A DNA stretch of 32,000 nt, taken from contig NC_000962.3 in the NCBI RefSeq assembly GCF_000195955.2, positions 1,920,001 to 1,952,000 on the forward strand, written 5' to 3'. This DNA comes from Mycobacterium tuberculosis H37Rv. Lineage in GTDB: Bacteria > Actinomycetota > Actinomycetes > Mycobacteriales > Mycobacteriaceae. The position numbers and the translations under genes are program-made. The notes beneath the pieces are model-generated. The model did not search any database, had not been told where the DNA came from, and saw only the letters and a list, made by a program, of their open reading frames with translations. This document shows positions 12,694 to 24,406 of the stretch, piece after piece (positions within the stretch are counted from its first letter, which is position 1; every line of letters begins with the position of its first letter).

Positions 12694-13878
12694 CTATCCG
12701 ACGTTCGGCCGGTCAGCCATCACGGTGAGTCGTCTTCCATATCGGCGTCCCATATGGGCGGCGCGACTCCTGCCCGGAGTCGGTGCCCCCCGGAGTAGGA
12801 CCGATGTTTCAGCCGCCTCGGCGGCGCTGCGAATACCGGGAATCGATCGCGCGACGGTTTGCGCCTGGGGCGTGGCGGGCGGTGCGGACCAGCCCGGCGG
12901 CACCGACATCGGTCCGATCTTGGCGGCCAGAGTCGCGCTCGCCGCCACCGGTCCAGCTCCCAGCTGCGACCACGCCGACCATCCAGCGGCTCCACCCGCG
13001 CCGGCCGCTGCCTCGGCCGCACCGGCTTCTGCCAATGCGGTGCTCCACAACATCCCGCCGACGAACTGCAGAGCATTCAGCGTTAACCCACCGCTGTCGT
13101 AAATGAACCCTTCGGCAGTGGCGAGGGCGCCCAGGAACATCATCCAGTATTTCTGTATGTCGCTCCATGGAATCGCCGCGGCCCAGCTGTGCTGCCCCCG
13201 CAGCGCGGCCACCGCTGTTGCGTGGCCGACGAGGCCGGTCGCGTTGGTGGTTTGCGGCGGTGGTGCGAACGGAGTCAAAACCGTGGCGGGTGCCGCGGCG
13301 CTGGCATAGCCGTACATCGCGGCGGCGTCTTGGGCCCACATCTCGGCGTATTGGGACTCGGTGGTGGCGATCGCCGGCGTGTTTTGCCCGAACCAGTTGG
13401 TATCGACGAGCGTCATCAACAAGGTCCGGTTGGCCGCGATCGCCGGCGGGGGCACCGTCATGGCGAAGGCGGCTTCAAAGGCCGCTGCGGCCGCCCTAGC
13501 CTGCATCGCGGCCTGTTCGGCTAGCGTCGCGGTGGTACTCAGCCAGCCGACAAAGGGCAGGACGGCGGCCACCATCGAATCCGATGCCGGCCCCGACCAC
13601 CACCGCATGTTTGTCAGCTCCGAGATCGCCGCACCGTAGCCAGTCGCTGCCGACGACAACTCTGCGGCCAGCCCGTCCCAGGCCGCCGCGGCAGCCATCA
13701 GTGGCCCGGATCCCGGACCGCTATACATACGACCCGAATTGATCTCGGGAGGTAACGCCCCAAAGTTGGACAGGGAATGCCCGGCGATGCCGTCAGCAAC
13801 GGCGGTGACCCCAACAAGGCAGCAGGCGACGCTGCCCGGGGGGACATGCCCCTGGTTGACCGGGACATCGAGGGTCAT
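12694..13878 (-). CDS. PPE23: PPE family protein PPE23, SVP subgroup
   Basis: [37 protein letters not shown]; [10 protein letters not shown] motif; [14 protein letters not shown]-terminus; 394 aa. Confidence 0.93.
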   Translation of the reverse strand: MTLDVPVNQGHVPPGSVACCLVGVTAVADGIAGHSLSNFGALPPEINSGRMYSGPGSGPLMAAAAAWDGLAAELSSAATGYGAAISELTNMRWWSGPASDSMVAAVLPFVGWLSTTATLAEQAAMQARAAAAAFEAAFAMTVPPPAIAANRTLLMTLVDTNWFGQNTPAIATTESQYAEMWAQDAAAMYGYASAAAPATVLTPFAPPPQTTNATGLVGHATAVAALRGQHSWAAAIPWSDIQKYWMMFLGALATAEGFIYDSGGLTLNALQFVGGMLWSTALAEAGAAEAAAGAGGAAGWSAWSQLGAGPVAASATLAAKIGPMSVPPGWSAPPATPQAQTVARSIPGIRSAAEAAETSVLLRGAPTPGRSRAAHMGRRYGRRLTVMADRPNVG

Positions 13879-14020
13879 CGAAAACCGCCTCGTTATGGGT
13901 GGGCTGGCTCGACACCGTCGTCGATACGATAGCTATGACTAGGGCAACAGTGACCTAGCACGTTAATCTCCATAAGAGATCTTCTGCGAAAAAGGTTTCG
14001 GCCGTGTGACGCGCGTGTTA

Positions 14021-14037
14021 ATACCCCATAGGGGTAT
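14021..14037. promoter_or_regulatory. Candidate CsoR/RicR-type copper-responsive operator ATACCCC-ATA-GGGGTAT
   Basis: Perfect 7-bp arms with 3-bp spacer, overlapping a TATAAT hexamer (14035..14040). Contains TACCC-N5-GGGTA, similar to the described RicR motif. Confidence 0.6.
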
Positions 14038-14095
14038 AATCGTTACTGTTGGCAACGTCTGGCGTCCTGGCTCGGGCGACACACCGTCCCGATAC

Positions 14096-14170
14096 ATGTC
14101 AGCAACCGGGTCGATCGTGGTGAATGCACAGGCGGGCAAGGCGAATGCCGATGCGACCCCGACGAAGTAA
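14096..14170 (+). CDS. Very small ORF (24 aa) downstream of the copper-type palindrome
   Basis: MSATGSIVVNAQAGKANADATPTK*; supported only by position and openness. Confidence 0.25.
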   Translation: MSATGSIVVNAQAGKANADATPTK

Positions 14171-14192
14171 GAGGGTACGTAATCGATACACC

Positions 14193-14309
14193 ATGGGGAC
14201 ATTTGCCCTCCATGGCCTCACCCATCGCCTACCGTCGGCCTCGTTGCAGACGACGGCTGCCCGCCACCCGGATGTGACGCAATTCTCAATGCCTGGGCAC
14301 TACCGATAA
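14193..14309 (+). CDS. Very small ORF (38 aa), second of a tandem pair
   Basis: MGTFALHGLTHRLPSASLQTTAARHPDVTQFSMPGHYR*; supported only by position. Confidence 0.25.
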   Translation: MGTFALHGLTHRLPSASLQTTAARHPDVTQFSMPGHYR

Positions 14310-14481
14310 CGCCGACCTGCCGCAGCTCGCGCATGTGGACGCTGAAAGCCCGGAAGGAGCACACCGGCATATCCGGCAAGCCCACCGCACGGACCGATCG
14401 CCATGGCTCTACTCGGTCCGGAGATTCTGAGCTACAAGCTAGTGCGCGGCGTTTTTCTCGATTGCCGGATCGCTGTGGCGC

Positions 14482-14776
14482 TCAGGGCGTTACGTGAAAG
14501 GTTCGGCAGCGGTGCTGCCCAGCCTGGCCGGTGGCGAACACGGTCAACATGGTGAGGCCCTGCGGCACCCGAAATGCGGTGAGCAGAACGACGTTTGGTG
14601 CCATCGCGGATAGCAGCCAGCCAAGCTTGAACGCTGCGAGCGAGCCCATGTAGAGCGTTTGGTACCAAACCGATCGGTGGGCCAACTTGCCATGGGCTCA
14701 CAGCGGCTATCGCGAGCGTGTAGCCGATCATCGTCCAGGCGACGGTGGCCTGAGCGGCAGGGGTTGCCTTATTCAT
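14482..14776 (-). pseudogene. Fragment of an MFS (DHA2/EmrB-like) transporter with frameshifts and internal deletion
   Basis: Pieces in alternating minus frames: QATVAWTMIGYTLAIAAVSP, then FGTKR, then LYMGSLAAFKLGWLLSAMAPNVVLLTAFRVPQGLTMLT; these are in the order found in intact MFS drug transporters. Confidence 0.75.
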
Positions 14777-14881
14777 CCTCTTGCGGCATGGTTGCCGCAG
14801 GGAGTGCCGGTAAGTCTGGTCGGCAACCTGGCCCGCTGCGGGTTGGGTTCGGATTCGCTCGGCTAGTAAGGTGCTCGCCTG

Positions 14882-16342
14882 GTGTTACAACGAATCGCTA
14901 GAGAGCTCTTATCGGGAGTGGCCGTCGCGATCGTTGCGCTGCCGCTGGCGATCGCGTTCGGCATTACCGCCACCGGAACGTCCCAAGGTGCGCTCATCGG
15001 GCTCTACGGCGCCATCTTCGCCGGATTCTTCGCGGCCGTGTTCGGTGGGACACCCGGACAGGTGACGGGCCCCACCGGCCCCATCACCGTCGTCGCTACC
15101 GCAACCATCGCCGAACACGGACTCGAGGGTGCCTTCTTCGCGTTTATCCTCGCCGGCGTCTTTCAGATCCTGTTCGGGGCGTGCCGGCTCGGTTCACTCA
15201 TCCGCTACGTGCCCCACCCCGTGATCTCTGGATTCATGGGGGGAATCGCGATCCTCATCATCATGACCCAGCTGGATCAGGTGCGCAGCAGCTCCCTGCT
15301 CGTGTTGGTAACGGTCGTCCTGCTGCTGGCTAGCGGCCGGTTTATCAAAGCGATTCCACCGAGCCTGCTCGTCCTGGTTCTGGTCAGCTCGGTGCTGCCG
15401 CTCGCGGCGCCATGGCTGCGCGACCTGCGCGCTGGGCCGGTCTCGATCAACAGGACGGTCGACTACATCGGCGAGATCCCACAGGCCATGCCGTCTTTCG
15501 ACTTCCCGCAAGTCGCCAATTCGACGATGCTGCAGGTGCTGCTGTCGGCGGTGGCCATCGCGCTGTTGGGATCCCTCGATTCACTGCTGACGTCGCTGGT
15601 CATGGACAACATCAGGGGCACCCGGCACCGGAGCAACAAAGAACTGATCGGCCAGGGGATTGGAAATATCGCCGCCGGGCTCTTCGGCGGGCTGTCCGGT
15701 GCCGGCGCGACCGTCCGATCGGTGGTGAACGTCAGAAATGGTGGTCAGACCGCCCTGTCGGCGGCCACTCACAGTGTCGTTTTGTTCGTTTTCGTTGCCG
15801 GGCTTGGTGCCGTGGTGCAGTACATCCCGCTCGCCGTGCTGTCGGGGATACTGATATTGGTTGCCGTCGGCATGTTCGACTGGCACGCCATGCGCAAAGC
15901 GCATGTGTCACCCAGGGGCGACGTCATCGTCATGTTCACGACGATGATCATCACCGTCGTCGTCGACCTCACCATCGCGGTGATGGTCGGAATCGCCCTC
16001 TCGCTGCTGGTCCATAGGCTCCGATCCCGGCAACGCAAAGCCAAGGTCACCCAGGACGACACCGGCACCTATCGCATCGACGGTCCGTTGTCGTTCCTGT
16101 CCGTCGACGGTGTATTTGGCTCCCTGCGCGACGGTCGTGAGGACGTGTCGCTGGACCTCCAGCACGTCACCTACCTCGACACCTCTGGTGCCCGGGCCCT
16201 GCTGTATTTCATCGACCACTCCGAGAAGGACGGCGTCGCGGTAAGCATCAAGCGGATCCCCCCACGCCTCGAAAGCCAACTCACCGCACTCGCCGACAAC
16301 GAGCAACGTGACAAGCTGAGAACCGTCCTCGAATCCGCCTGA
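14882..16342 (+). CDS. SulP family anion transporter with C-terminal STAS domain (Rv1707-type)
   Basis: GTG start, MLQRIARELLSGVAVAIVALPLAIAFGI; GLYGAIFAGFFAAVFGGTPGQVTGPTGP; STAS-like LQHVTYLDTSGARALL. Confidence 0.93.
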   Translation: MLQRIARELLSGVAVAIVALPLAIAFGITATGTSQGALIGLYGAIFAGFFAAVFGGTPGQVTGPTGPITVVATATIAEHGLEGAFFAFILAGVFQILFGACRLGSLIRYVPHPVISGFMGGIAILIIMTQLDQVRSSSLLVLVTVVLLLASGRFIKAIPPSLLVLVLVSSVLPLAAPWLRDLRAGPVSINRTVDYIGEIPQAMPSFDFPQVANSTMLQVLLSAVAIALLGSLDSLLTSLVMDNIRGTRHRSNKELIGQGIGNIAAGLFGGLSGAGATVRSVVNVRNGGQTALSAATHSVVLFVFVAGLGAVVQYIPLAVLSGILILVAVGMFDWHAMRKAHVSPRGDVIVMFTTMIITVVVDLTIAVMVGIALSLLVHRLRSRQRKAKVTQDDTGTYRIDGPLSFLSVDGVFGSLRDGREDVSLDLQHVTYLDTSGARALLYFIDHSEKDGVAVSIKRIPPRLESQLTALADNEQRDKLRTVLESA

Positions 16343-16359
16343 CGCATTGGCTGGTTGAT

Positions 16360-17316
16360 TTGCCTGCGGGTCTCCCGGGCCAGGCGTCGGTAGCCGTTAG
16401 ACTTTCCTGCGATGTCCCCCCTGACGCCCGTCACCACGAGCCACGACCGGGTATGACCGACCACCCCGACACCGGCAACGGGATCGGCCTCACCGGACGG
16501 CCACCACGGGCAATCCCTGACCCCGCGCCGCGCAGCTCGCACGGCCCGGCCAAGGTCATCGCGATGTGCAACCAGAAGGGTGGCGTCGGGAAGACGACGT
16601 CGACGATTAACCTGGGTGCCGCGCTCGGTGAGTATGGCCGGCGGGTGCTGCTGGTGGATATGGATCCGCAAGGAGCGCTGTCCGCGGGCCTGGGCGTGCC
16701 GCACTACGAGCTGGACAAGACCATCCACAACGTGCTGGTGGAGCCCCGGGTGTCGATCGACGACGTGCTGATCCACTCCCGGGTGAAAAACATGGATCTG
16801 GTCCCCAGCAATATCGATCTGTCCGCGGCGGAGATCCAACTGGTCAACGAGGTGGGTCGCGAGCAGACGTTGGCCCGGGCGCTGTACCCGGTGCTGGACC
16901 GCTACGACTATGTGCTGATCGACTGCCAGCCGTCGCTGGGCCTGCTCACCGTCAACGGGCTGGCCTGCACGGACGGCGTGATAATTCCGACCGAGTGCGA
17001 GTTCTTCTCGCTGCGCGGCCTGGCATTGCTCACCGACACCGTCGATAAGGTGCGCGACCGGCTTAATCCGAAGCTGGATATCAGCGGAATCCTGATCACC
17101 CGCTACGATCCGCGGACCGTCAACTCGCGAGAGGTCATGGCCCGTGTCGTGGAACGGTTCGGTGACTTAGTGTTTGACACCGTGATCACCCGCACGGTTC
17201 GTTTCCCGGAGACCAGCGTCGCAGGCGAACCCATTACCACCTGGGCGCCGAAGTCGGCGGGTGCCCTGGCCTACCGTGCGCTGGCTCGCGAGTTGATCGA
17301 CCGATTTGGCATGTGA
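16360..17316 (+). CDS. ParA/Soj-like ATPase (Rv1708-type)
   Basis: Deviant Walker A CNQKGGVGKTTSTINLGAALGEYGRRVLLVDMDPQG; DYVLIDCQPSLGLLTVNGL. Confidence 0.95.
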   Translation: MPAGLPGQASVAVRLSCDVPPDARHHEPRPGMTDHPDTGNGIGLTGRPPRAIPDPAPRSSHGPAKVIAMCNQKGGVGKTTSTINLGAALGEYGRRVLLVDMDPQGALSAGLGVPHYELDKTIHNVLVEPRVSIDDVLIHSRVKNMDLVPSNIDLSAAEIQLVNEVGREQTLARALYPVLDRYDYVLIDCQPSLGLLTVNGLACTDGVIIPTECEFFSLRGLALLTDTVDKVRDRLNPKLDISGILITRYDPRTVNSREVMARVVERFGDLVFDTVITRTVRFPETSVAGEPITTWAPKSAGALAYRALARELIDRFGM

Positions 17317-18149
17317 ACGGCCTTCAGAACAGCCTGGCGAACGGTGGGACGGCACCCGAGAACGGCTACTCGGCTGGTTTTCGGGTCCGGCTGACCAACT
17401 TCGAGGGCCCGTTCGACCTGCTGCTGCAGCTGATCTTTGCGCACCAACTCGACGTCACCGAAGTGGCGTTGCACCAGGTCACCGACGACTTCATCGCCTA
17501 CACCAAAGCGATCGGCGCTCGGCTGGAACTAGAGGAGACCACAGCGTTCCTGGTGATCGCCGCAACCTTGCTCGATCTCAAAGCAGCCCGGCTCCTGCCA
17601 GCCGGACAGGTCGACGACGAGGAAGACCTCGCGCTTCTGGAGGTACGCGACCTGCTGTTTGCCCGGCTGCTGCAATACCGGGCGTTTAAGCACGTCGCAG
17701 AGATGTTCGCCGAACTGGAGGCCACCGCGCTGCGCAGCTATCCACGGGCGGTGTCGTTGGAGGACGGGTTCGTCGGTCTGCTTCCCGAGGTAATGCTCGG
17801 CGTTGACGCTCACCGGTTCGCCGAAATCGCTGCGATCGCATTAACCCCGCGGCCAGCCCCGACGGTGGCCACCGAGCACCTGCACGAGTTGATGGTCTCG
17901 GTTCCCGAGCAGGCCGAACACTTGCTGGCGATGCTGAAAGCGCGGGGCAGCGGCCAGTGGGCGTCATTTTCGGAGCTGGTCGCCGACTGCACGGCGCCCA
18001 TCGAGATCGTGGGGCGCTTCCTGGCGCTGCTCGAACTGTATCGGACCCGGGCGGTAGCATTCGAGCAGTCAGAGCCGCTTGGCGCGCTCCAGGTTTCGTG
18101 GACCGGTGACGATGCAGAGCGCAGCGATGAGAAGGAGCGGCGCTTGTGA
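17313..18149 (+). CDS. scpA: Segregation and condensation protein A
   Basis: FEGPFDLLLQLIFAHQLDVTEVALHQVTDDFIAY; position directly upstream of scpB. Confidence 0.95.
   Translation: MNGLQNSLANGGTAPENGYSAGFRVRLTNFEGPFDLLLQLIFAHQLDVTEVALHQVTDDFIAYTKAIGARLELEETTAFLVIAATLLDLKAARLLPAGQVDDEEDLALLEVRDLLFARLLQYRAFKHVAEMFAELEATALRSYPRAVSLEDGFVGLLPEVMLGVDAHRFAEIAAIALTPRPAPTVATEHLHELMVSVPEQAEHLLAMLKARGSGQWASFSELVADCTAPIEIVGRFLALLELYRTRAVAFEQSEPLGALQVSWTGDDAERSDEKERRL
18101..18148. repeat. MIRU-like sequence fused to the 3' end of scpA and supplying the scpA/scpB junction
   Basis: gaccggtgacgatgcagagcgcagcgatgagaaggagcggcgcttgtg; encodes TGDDAERSDEKERRL*; near-identical to the 24766..24811 sequence. Confidence 0.75.
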
Positions 18150-18837
18150 CCGAACATATGCCCGAACACGATCCGAGCTATGGCATCCCGGATATCGCTG
18201 AGCCCGCGGAGCTGGATGCCGACGAGCTTAAGCGTGTGCTAGAGGCGCTGCTGTTGGTGATCGACACCCCAGTGACAGCCGACGCGTTGGCCGCGGCCAC
18301 CGAACAGCCGGTCTACCGGGTTGCGGCAAAGCTACAGTTGATGGCCGACGAGCTCACCGGGCGTGACAGCGGCATCGACCTGCGCCACACGAGCGAGGGT
18401 TGGCGGATGTACACCCGCGCCCGATTCGCGCCCTATGTCGAGAAGCTGTTGCTGGACGGCGCGCGAACCAAGCTCACCCGGGCCGCGCTGGAGACCCTGG
18501 CCGTGGTGGCCTACCGCCAGCCGGTCACACGAGCGCGGGTTAGTGCGGTGCGCGGGGTCAACGTGGACGCCGTGATGCGTACGCTGTTGGCCCGCGGCCT
18601 GATCACCGAGGTTGGTACCGACGCCGATACCGGCGCGGTGACGTTCGCCACCACCGAGCTCTTCCTGGAGCGCTTGGGATTGACGTCGCTGTCGGAGCTG
18701 CCCGATATCGCACCGCTGCTTCCCGACGTCGACACAATTGACGACCTGAGCGAATCCCTGGACAGTGAGCCACGTTTCATCAAACTCACCGGTGAGCTGG
18801 CGTCCGAGCAGACGCTGTCGTTCGACGTGGACCGTGA

Positions 18838-18841
<4 letters not shown>
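18146..18841 (+). CDS. scpB: Segregation and condensation protein B
   Basis: LKRVLEALLLVIDTPVTADALA..., ALETLAVVAYRQPVTRARVSAVRGVNVDAVMRTLLARGLI; 231 aa. Confidence 0.95.
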
Positions 18842-21679
<2,838 letters not shown>

Positions 21680-21782
21680 GCGCACCTCGAACGTGTGACC
21701 CGGGTAACCGGGGATGGACAGCGAGGCCGGTTCTGCTGTCCCATAATGCGGCTATGTTCAGCTGCATTACGGGATTTAGGTG

Positions 21783-21811
21783 TTGACACCCGAGCGCTCG
21801 GCGCTTACGCT
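21783..21811 (+). promoter_or_regulatory. Candidate SigA-type promoter TTGACA-N17-TACGCT for the Rv1714-type cluster
   Basis: TTGACA at 21783..21788, TANNNT-type -10 TACGCT at 21806..21811, spacer contains the perfect palindrome CGAGCGCTCG (21791..21800). Confidence 0.45.
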
Positions 21812-21852
21812 TTCTCGTATAACGGGTGATAAGTACCGTATTGCGGGAGTAG

Positions 21853-22665
21853 GTGGAGGAAATGGCGCTGGCTCAGCAGGTGCCGAACCTGGGTCTGGCG
21901 CGCTTCAGCGTGCAGGACAAGTCGATCCTGATCACCGGCGCGACCGGTTCGTTGGGCCGAGTTGCCGCCCGGGCGCTGGCCGACGCGGGAGCGCGGCTGA
22001 CACTGGCCGGCGGCAACTCGGCCGGTCTGGCCGAGCTGGTCAACGGCGCCGGCATCGACGACGCCGCCGTCGTGACCTGCCGGCCGGACAGCCTGGCCGA
22101 TGCCCAGCAGATGGTCGAGGCGGCACTGGGCCGATATGGCCGTTTGGACGGAGTGTTGGTGGCCTCGGGCAGCAACCATGTGGCGCCCATTACCGAGATG
22201 GCCGTCGAGGACTTCGACGCTGTGATGGACGCGAACGTGCGGGGTGCCTGGCTGGTGTGTCGGGCGGCCGGACGGGTGCTGCTCGAGCAGGGTCAGGGCG
22301 GCAGCGTGGTGCTGGTGTCGTCCGTTCGCGGCGGGTTGGGCAATGCCGCCGGTTACAGCGCGTACTGCCCGTCGAAGGCGGGCACCGATCTGTTGGCCAA
22401 GACATTGGCGGCCGAATGGGGCGGTCACGGCATTCGGGTGAACGCGCTGGCGCCGACGGTGTTTCGGTCCGCGGTGACCGAGTGGATGTTCACCGACGAT
22501 CCGAAGGGCCGGGCCACCCGGGAGGCGATGCTCGCCCGGATCCCGTTGCGCCGCTTCGCCGAACCGGAAGACTTCGTCGGCGCCCTGATCTATCTGCTCA
22601 GCGACGCCTCGAGCTTCTACACCGGCCAGGTGATGTATCTGGACGGCGGGTACACCGCATGCTGA
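21853..22665 (+). CDS. Short-chain dehydrogenase/reductase (Rv1714-type)
   Basis: ILITGATGSLGRVAARALADAGA; YSAYCPSKAG active-site region; MYLDGGYTAC end. Confidence 0.95.
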   Translation: MEEMALAQQVPNLGLARFSVQDKSILITGATGSLGRVAARALADAGARLTLAGGNSAGLAELVNGAGIDDAAVVTCRPDSLADAQQMVEAALGRYGRLDGVLVASGSNHVAPITEMAVEDFDAVMDANVRGAWLVCRAAGRVLLEQGQGGSVVLVSSVRGGLGNAAGYSAYCPSKAGTDLLAKTLAAEWGGHGIRVNALAPTVFRSAVTEWMFTDDPKGRATREAMLARIPLRRFAEPEDFVGALIYLLSDASSFYTGQVMYLDGGYTAC

Positions 22666-23573
22666 CCTCGCACGGGTTCTCCCGTGCCGCCGTCGTGGGT
22701 GCCGGGCTGATGGGCCGGCGCATCGCCGGCGTGCTGGCCTCGGCGGGCCTGGATGTCGCCATCACCGACACCAACGCTGAGATTCTCCACGCCGCAGCGG
22801 TGGAGGCCGCCCGGGTAGCCGGTGCTGGCCGTGGCTCGGTGGCCGCGGCAGCCGACCTAGCCGCGGCGATACCAGACGCCGACCTGGTGATTGAGGCCGT
22901 CGTCGAAAACCTGGCCGTCAAGCAGGAACTCTTCGAACGGCTGGCGACACTCGCGCCCGACGCGGTGCTGGCCACCAACACCTCGGTGCTGCCGATCGGC
23001 GCTGTCACCGAACGGGTCGAGGACGGCAGCCGAGTGATCGGGACACACTTTTGGAACCCGCCGGATCTTATCCCGGTGGTCGAGGTGGTGCCCAGCGCGC
23101 GCACCGCCCCAGATACGGCGGATCGCGTCGTGGCGCTGCTGACCCAAGTCGGCAAGCTGCCGGTGCGGGTCGGGCGCGACGTGCCGGGTTTCATCGGCAA
23201 CCGGCTGCAGCACGCGCTGTGGCGCGAGGCGATCGCGCTGGTCGCCGAGGGTGTCTGCGACCCGAAGACGGTAGATCTCGTGGTACGCAACACCATTGGG
23301 CTGCGACTGGCCACCTTGGGGCCGCTGGAAAACGCCGACTACATCGGGTTGGACCTCACCCTGGCCATCCACGACGCGGTGATCCCGAGCCTCAACCACG
23401 ACCCGCACCCCAGCCCGCTGCTGCGGGAACTGGTCGCCGCCGGGCAACTCGGGGCGCGTACCGGTCACGGCTTTCTGGACTGGCCCGCAGGAGCCCGCGA
23501 GGCCACCACCGCCCGACTTGCCCAGCACATCGCCGCGCAACTCCAAGCCAACGAAAAAGGAAGGGGGACATAG
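22659..23573 (+). CDS. fadB3: 3-hydroxyacyl-CoA dehydrogenase family protein (Rv1715-type)
   Basis: ATG at 22659 overlapping previous stop; VVGAGLMGRRIAGVLASAGLDVAITDTN; HFWNPPDLIPVVEVV; GFIGNRLQHALWREA. Confidence 0.93.
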   Translation: MLTSHGFSRAAVVGAGLMGRRIAGVLASAGLDVAITDTNAEILHAAAVEAARVAGAGRGSVAAAADLAAAIPDADLVIEAVVENLAVKQELFERLATLAPDAVLATNTSVLPIGAVTERVEDGSRVIGTHFWNPPDLIPVVEVVPSARTAPDTADRVVALLTQVGKLPVRVGRDVPGFIGNRLQHALWREAIALVAEGVCDPKTVDLVVRNTIGLRLATLGPLENADYIGLDLTLAIHDAVIPSLNHDPHPSPLLRELVAAGQLGARTGHGFLDWPAGAREATTARLAQHIAAQLQANEKGRGT

Positions 23574-23575
23574 CC

Positions 23576-24406
23576 ATGACGTTCGCCTGGCCCCTCGGTG
23601 CCGCCGAATCGACGTTGGAGTTCTACGACCTGTCCCACCCCTGGGGACACGGCGCGCCGGCCTGGCCGTACTTCGAGGACGTGCAGATCGAACGACTCCA
23701 CGGCATGGCCAAGAGTCGTGTGCTGACCCAAAAGATCACCACCGTCATGCATTCCGGCACCCACATCGACGCGCCGGCGCACGTGGTGGAAGGAACACCG
23801 TTTCTGGACGAGATCCCGCTGAGCGCCTTCTTCGGCACCGGCGTCGTCGTCTCGATCCCGAAGGGCAAATGGGGGATGGTCACCGCCGAGGATCTGCAAA
23901 ACGCTACCCCCGACATCCGGCCCGGTGACATCGTCGTCGTCAACACCGGCTGGCACCACAAATACGCCGACAGCGCCGAGTACTACGCCTATTCCCCGGG
24001 CTTCGACAAGAAAGCGGGCGAGTGGTTTGCGGCCAAAGGCGTCAAGGCGGTCGGCACCGACACCCAGGCCCTGGACCATCCGCTGGCCACGGCCATCGCC
24101 CCGCACAGTCCCGCGGAGGCACAGGGCGGCCTATTGCCGTGGGCGGTACGCGAATACGAGGCGCAGACCGGCCGCAAGGTGCTCGACGACTTCCCGGACT
24201 GGGAACCGTGCCATCGGGCGATCCTGTCGCAGGGCATCTACGGCTTTGAAAACGTCGGCGGTGACCTGGACAAGGTCACCGGCAAGCGCGTCACTTTCGC
24301 GGCGTTCCCGTGGCGCTGGGTGGGTGGCGACGGCTGCATCGTGCGGCTGGTGGCGATCGTCGACCCCACCGGGAGCTATCGCATCGAGACCGGAAAGGCG
24401 GTCTGA
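23576..24406 (+). CDS. Cyclase/kynurenine formamidase-like metal-dependent hydrolase (Rv1716-type)
   Basis: Metal-binding motif HSGTHIDAPAHVVEG; YDLSHPWGHGAPAWP; 276 aa. Confidence 0.9.
   Translation: MTFAWPLGAAESTLEFYDLSHPWGHGAPAWPYFEDVQIERLHGMAKSRVLTQKITTVMHSGTHIDAPAHVVEGTPFLDEIPLSAFFGTGVVVSIPKGKWGMVTAEDLQNATPDIRPGDIVVVNTGWHHKYADSAEYYAYSPGFDKKAGEWFAAKGVKAVGTDTQALDHPLATAIAPHSPAEAQGGLLPWAVREYEAQTGRKVLDDFPDWEPCHRAILSQGIYGFENVGGDLDKVTGKRVTFAAFPWRWVGGDGCIVRLVAIVDPTGSYRIETGKAV

Noticed and set aside
12271-13639. Several ORFs on both strands within the PPE genes
   Set aside because: Alternative-frame readings of Ala-rich PPE coding sequence.
21780-22658. Long upstream part of the fadB3 ORF (597 aa in total)
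   Set aside because: It overlaps the SDR gene out of frame; the homologous start is the ATG at 22659.
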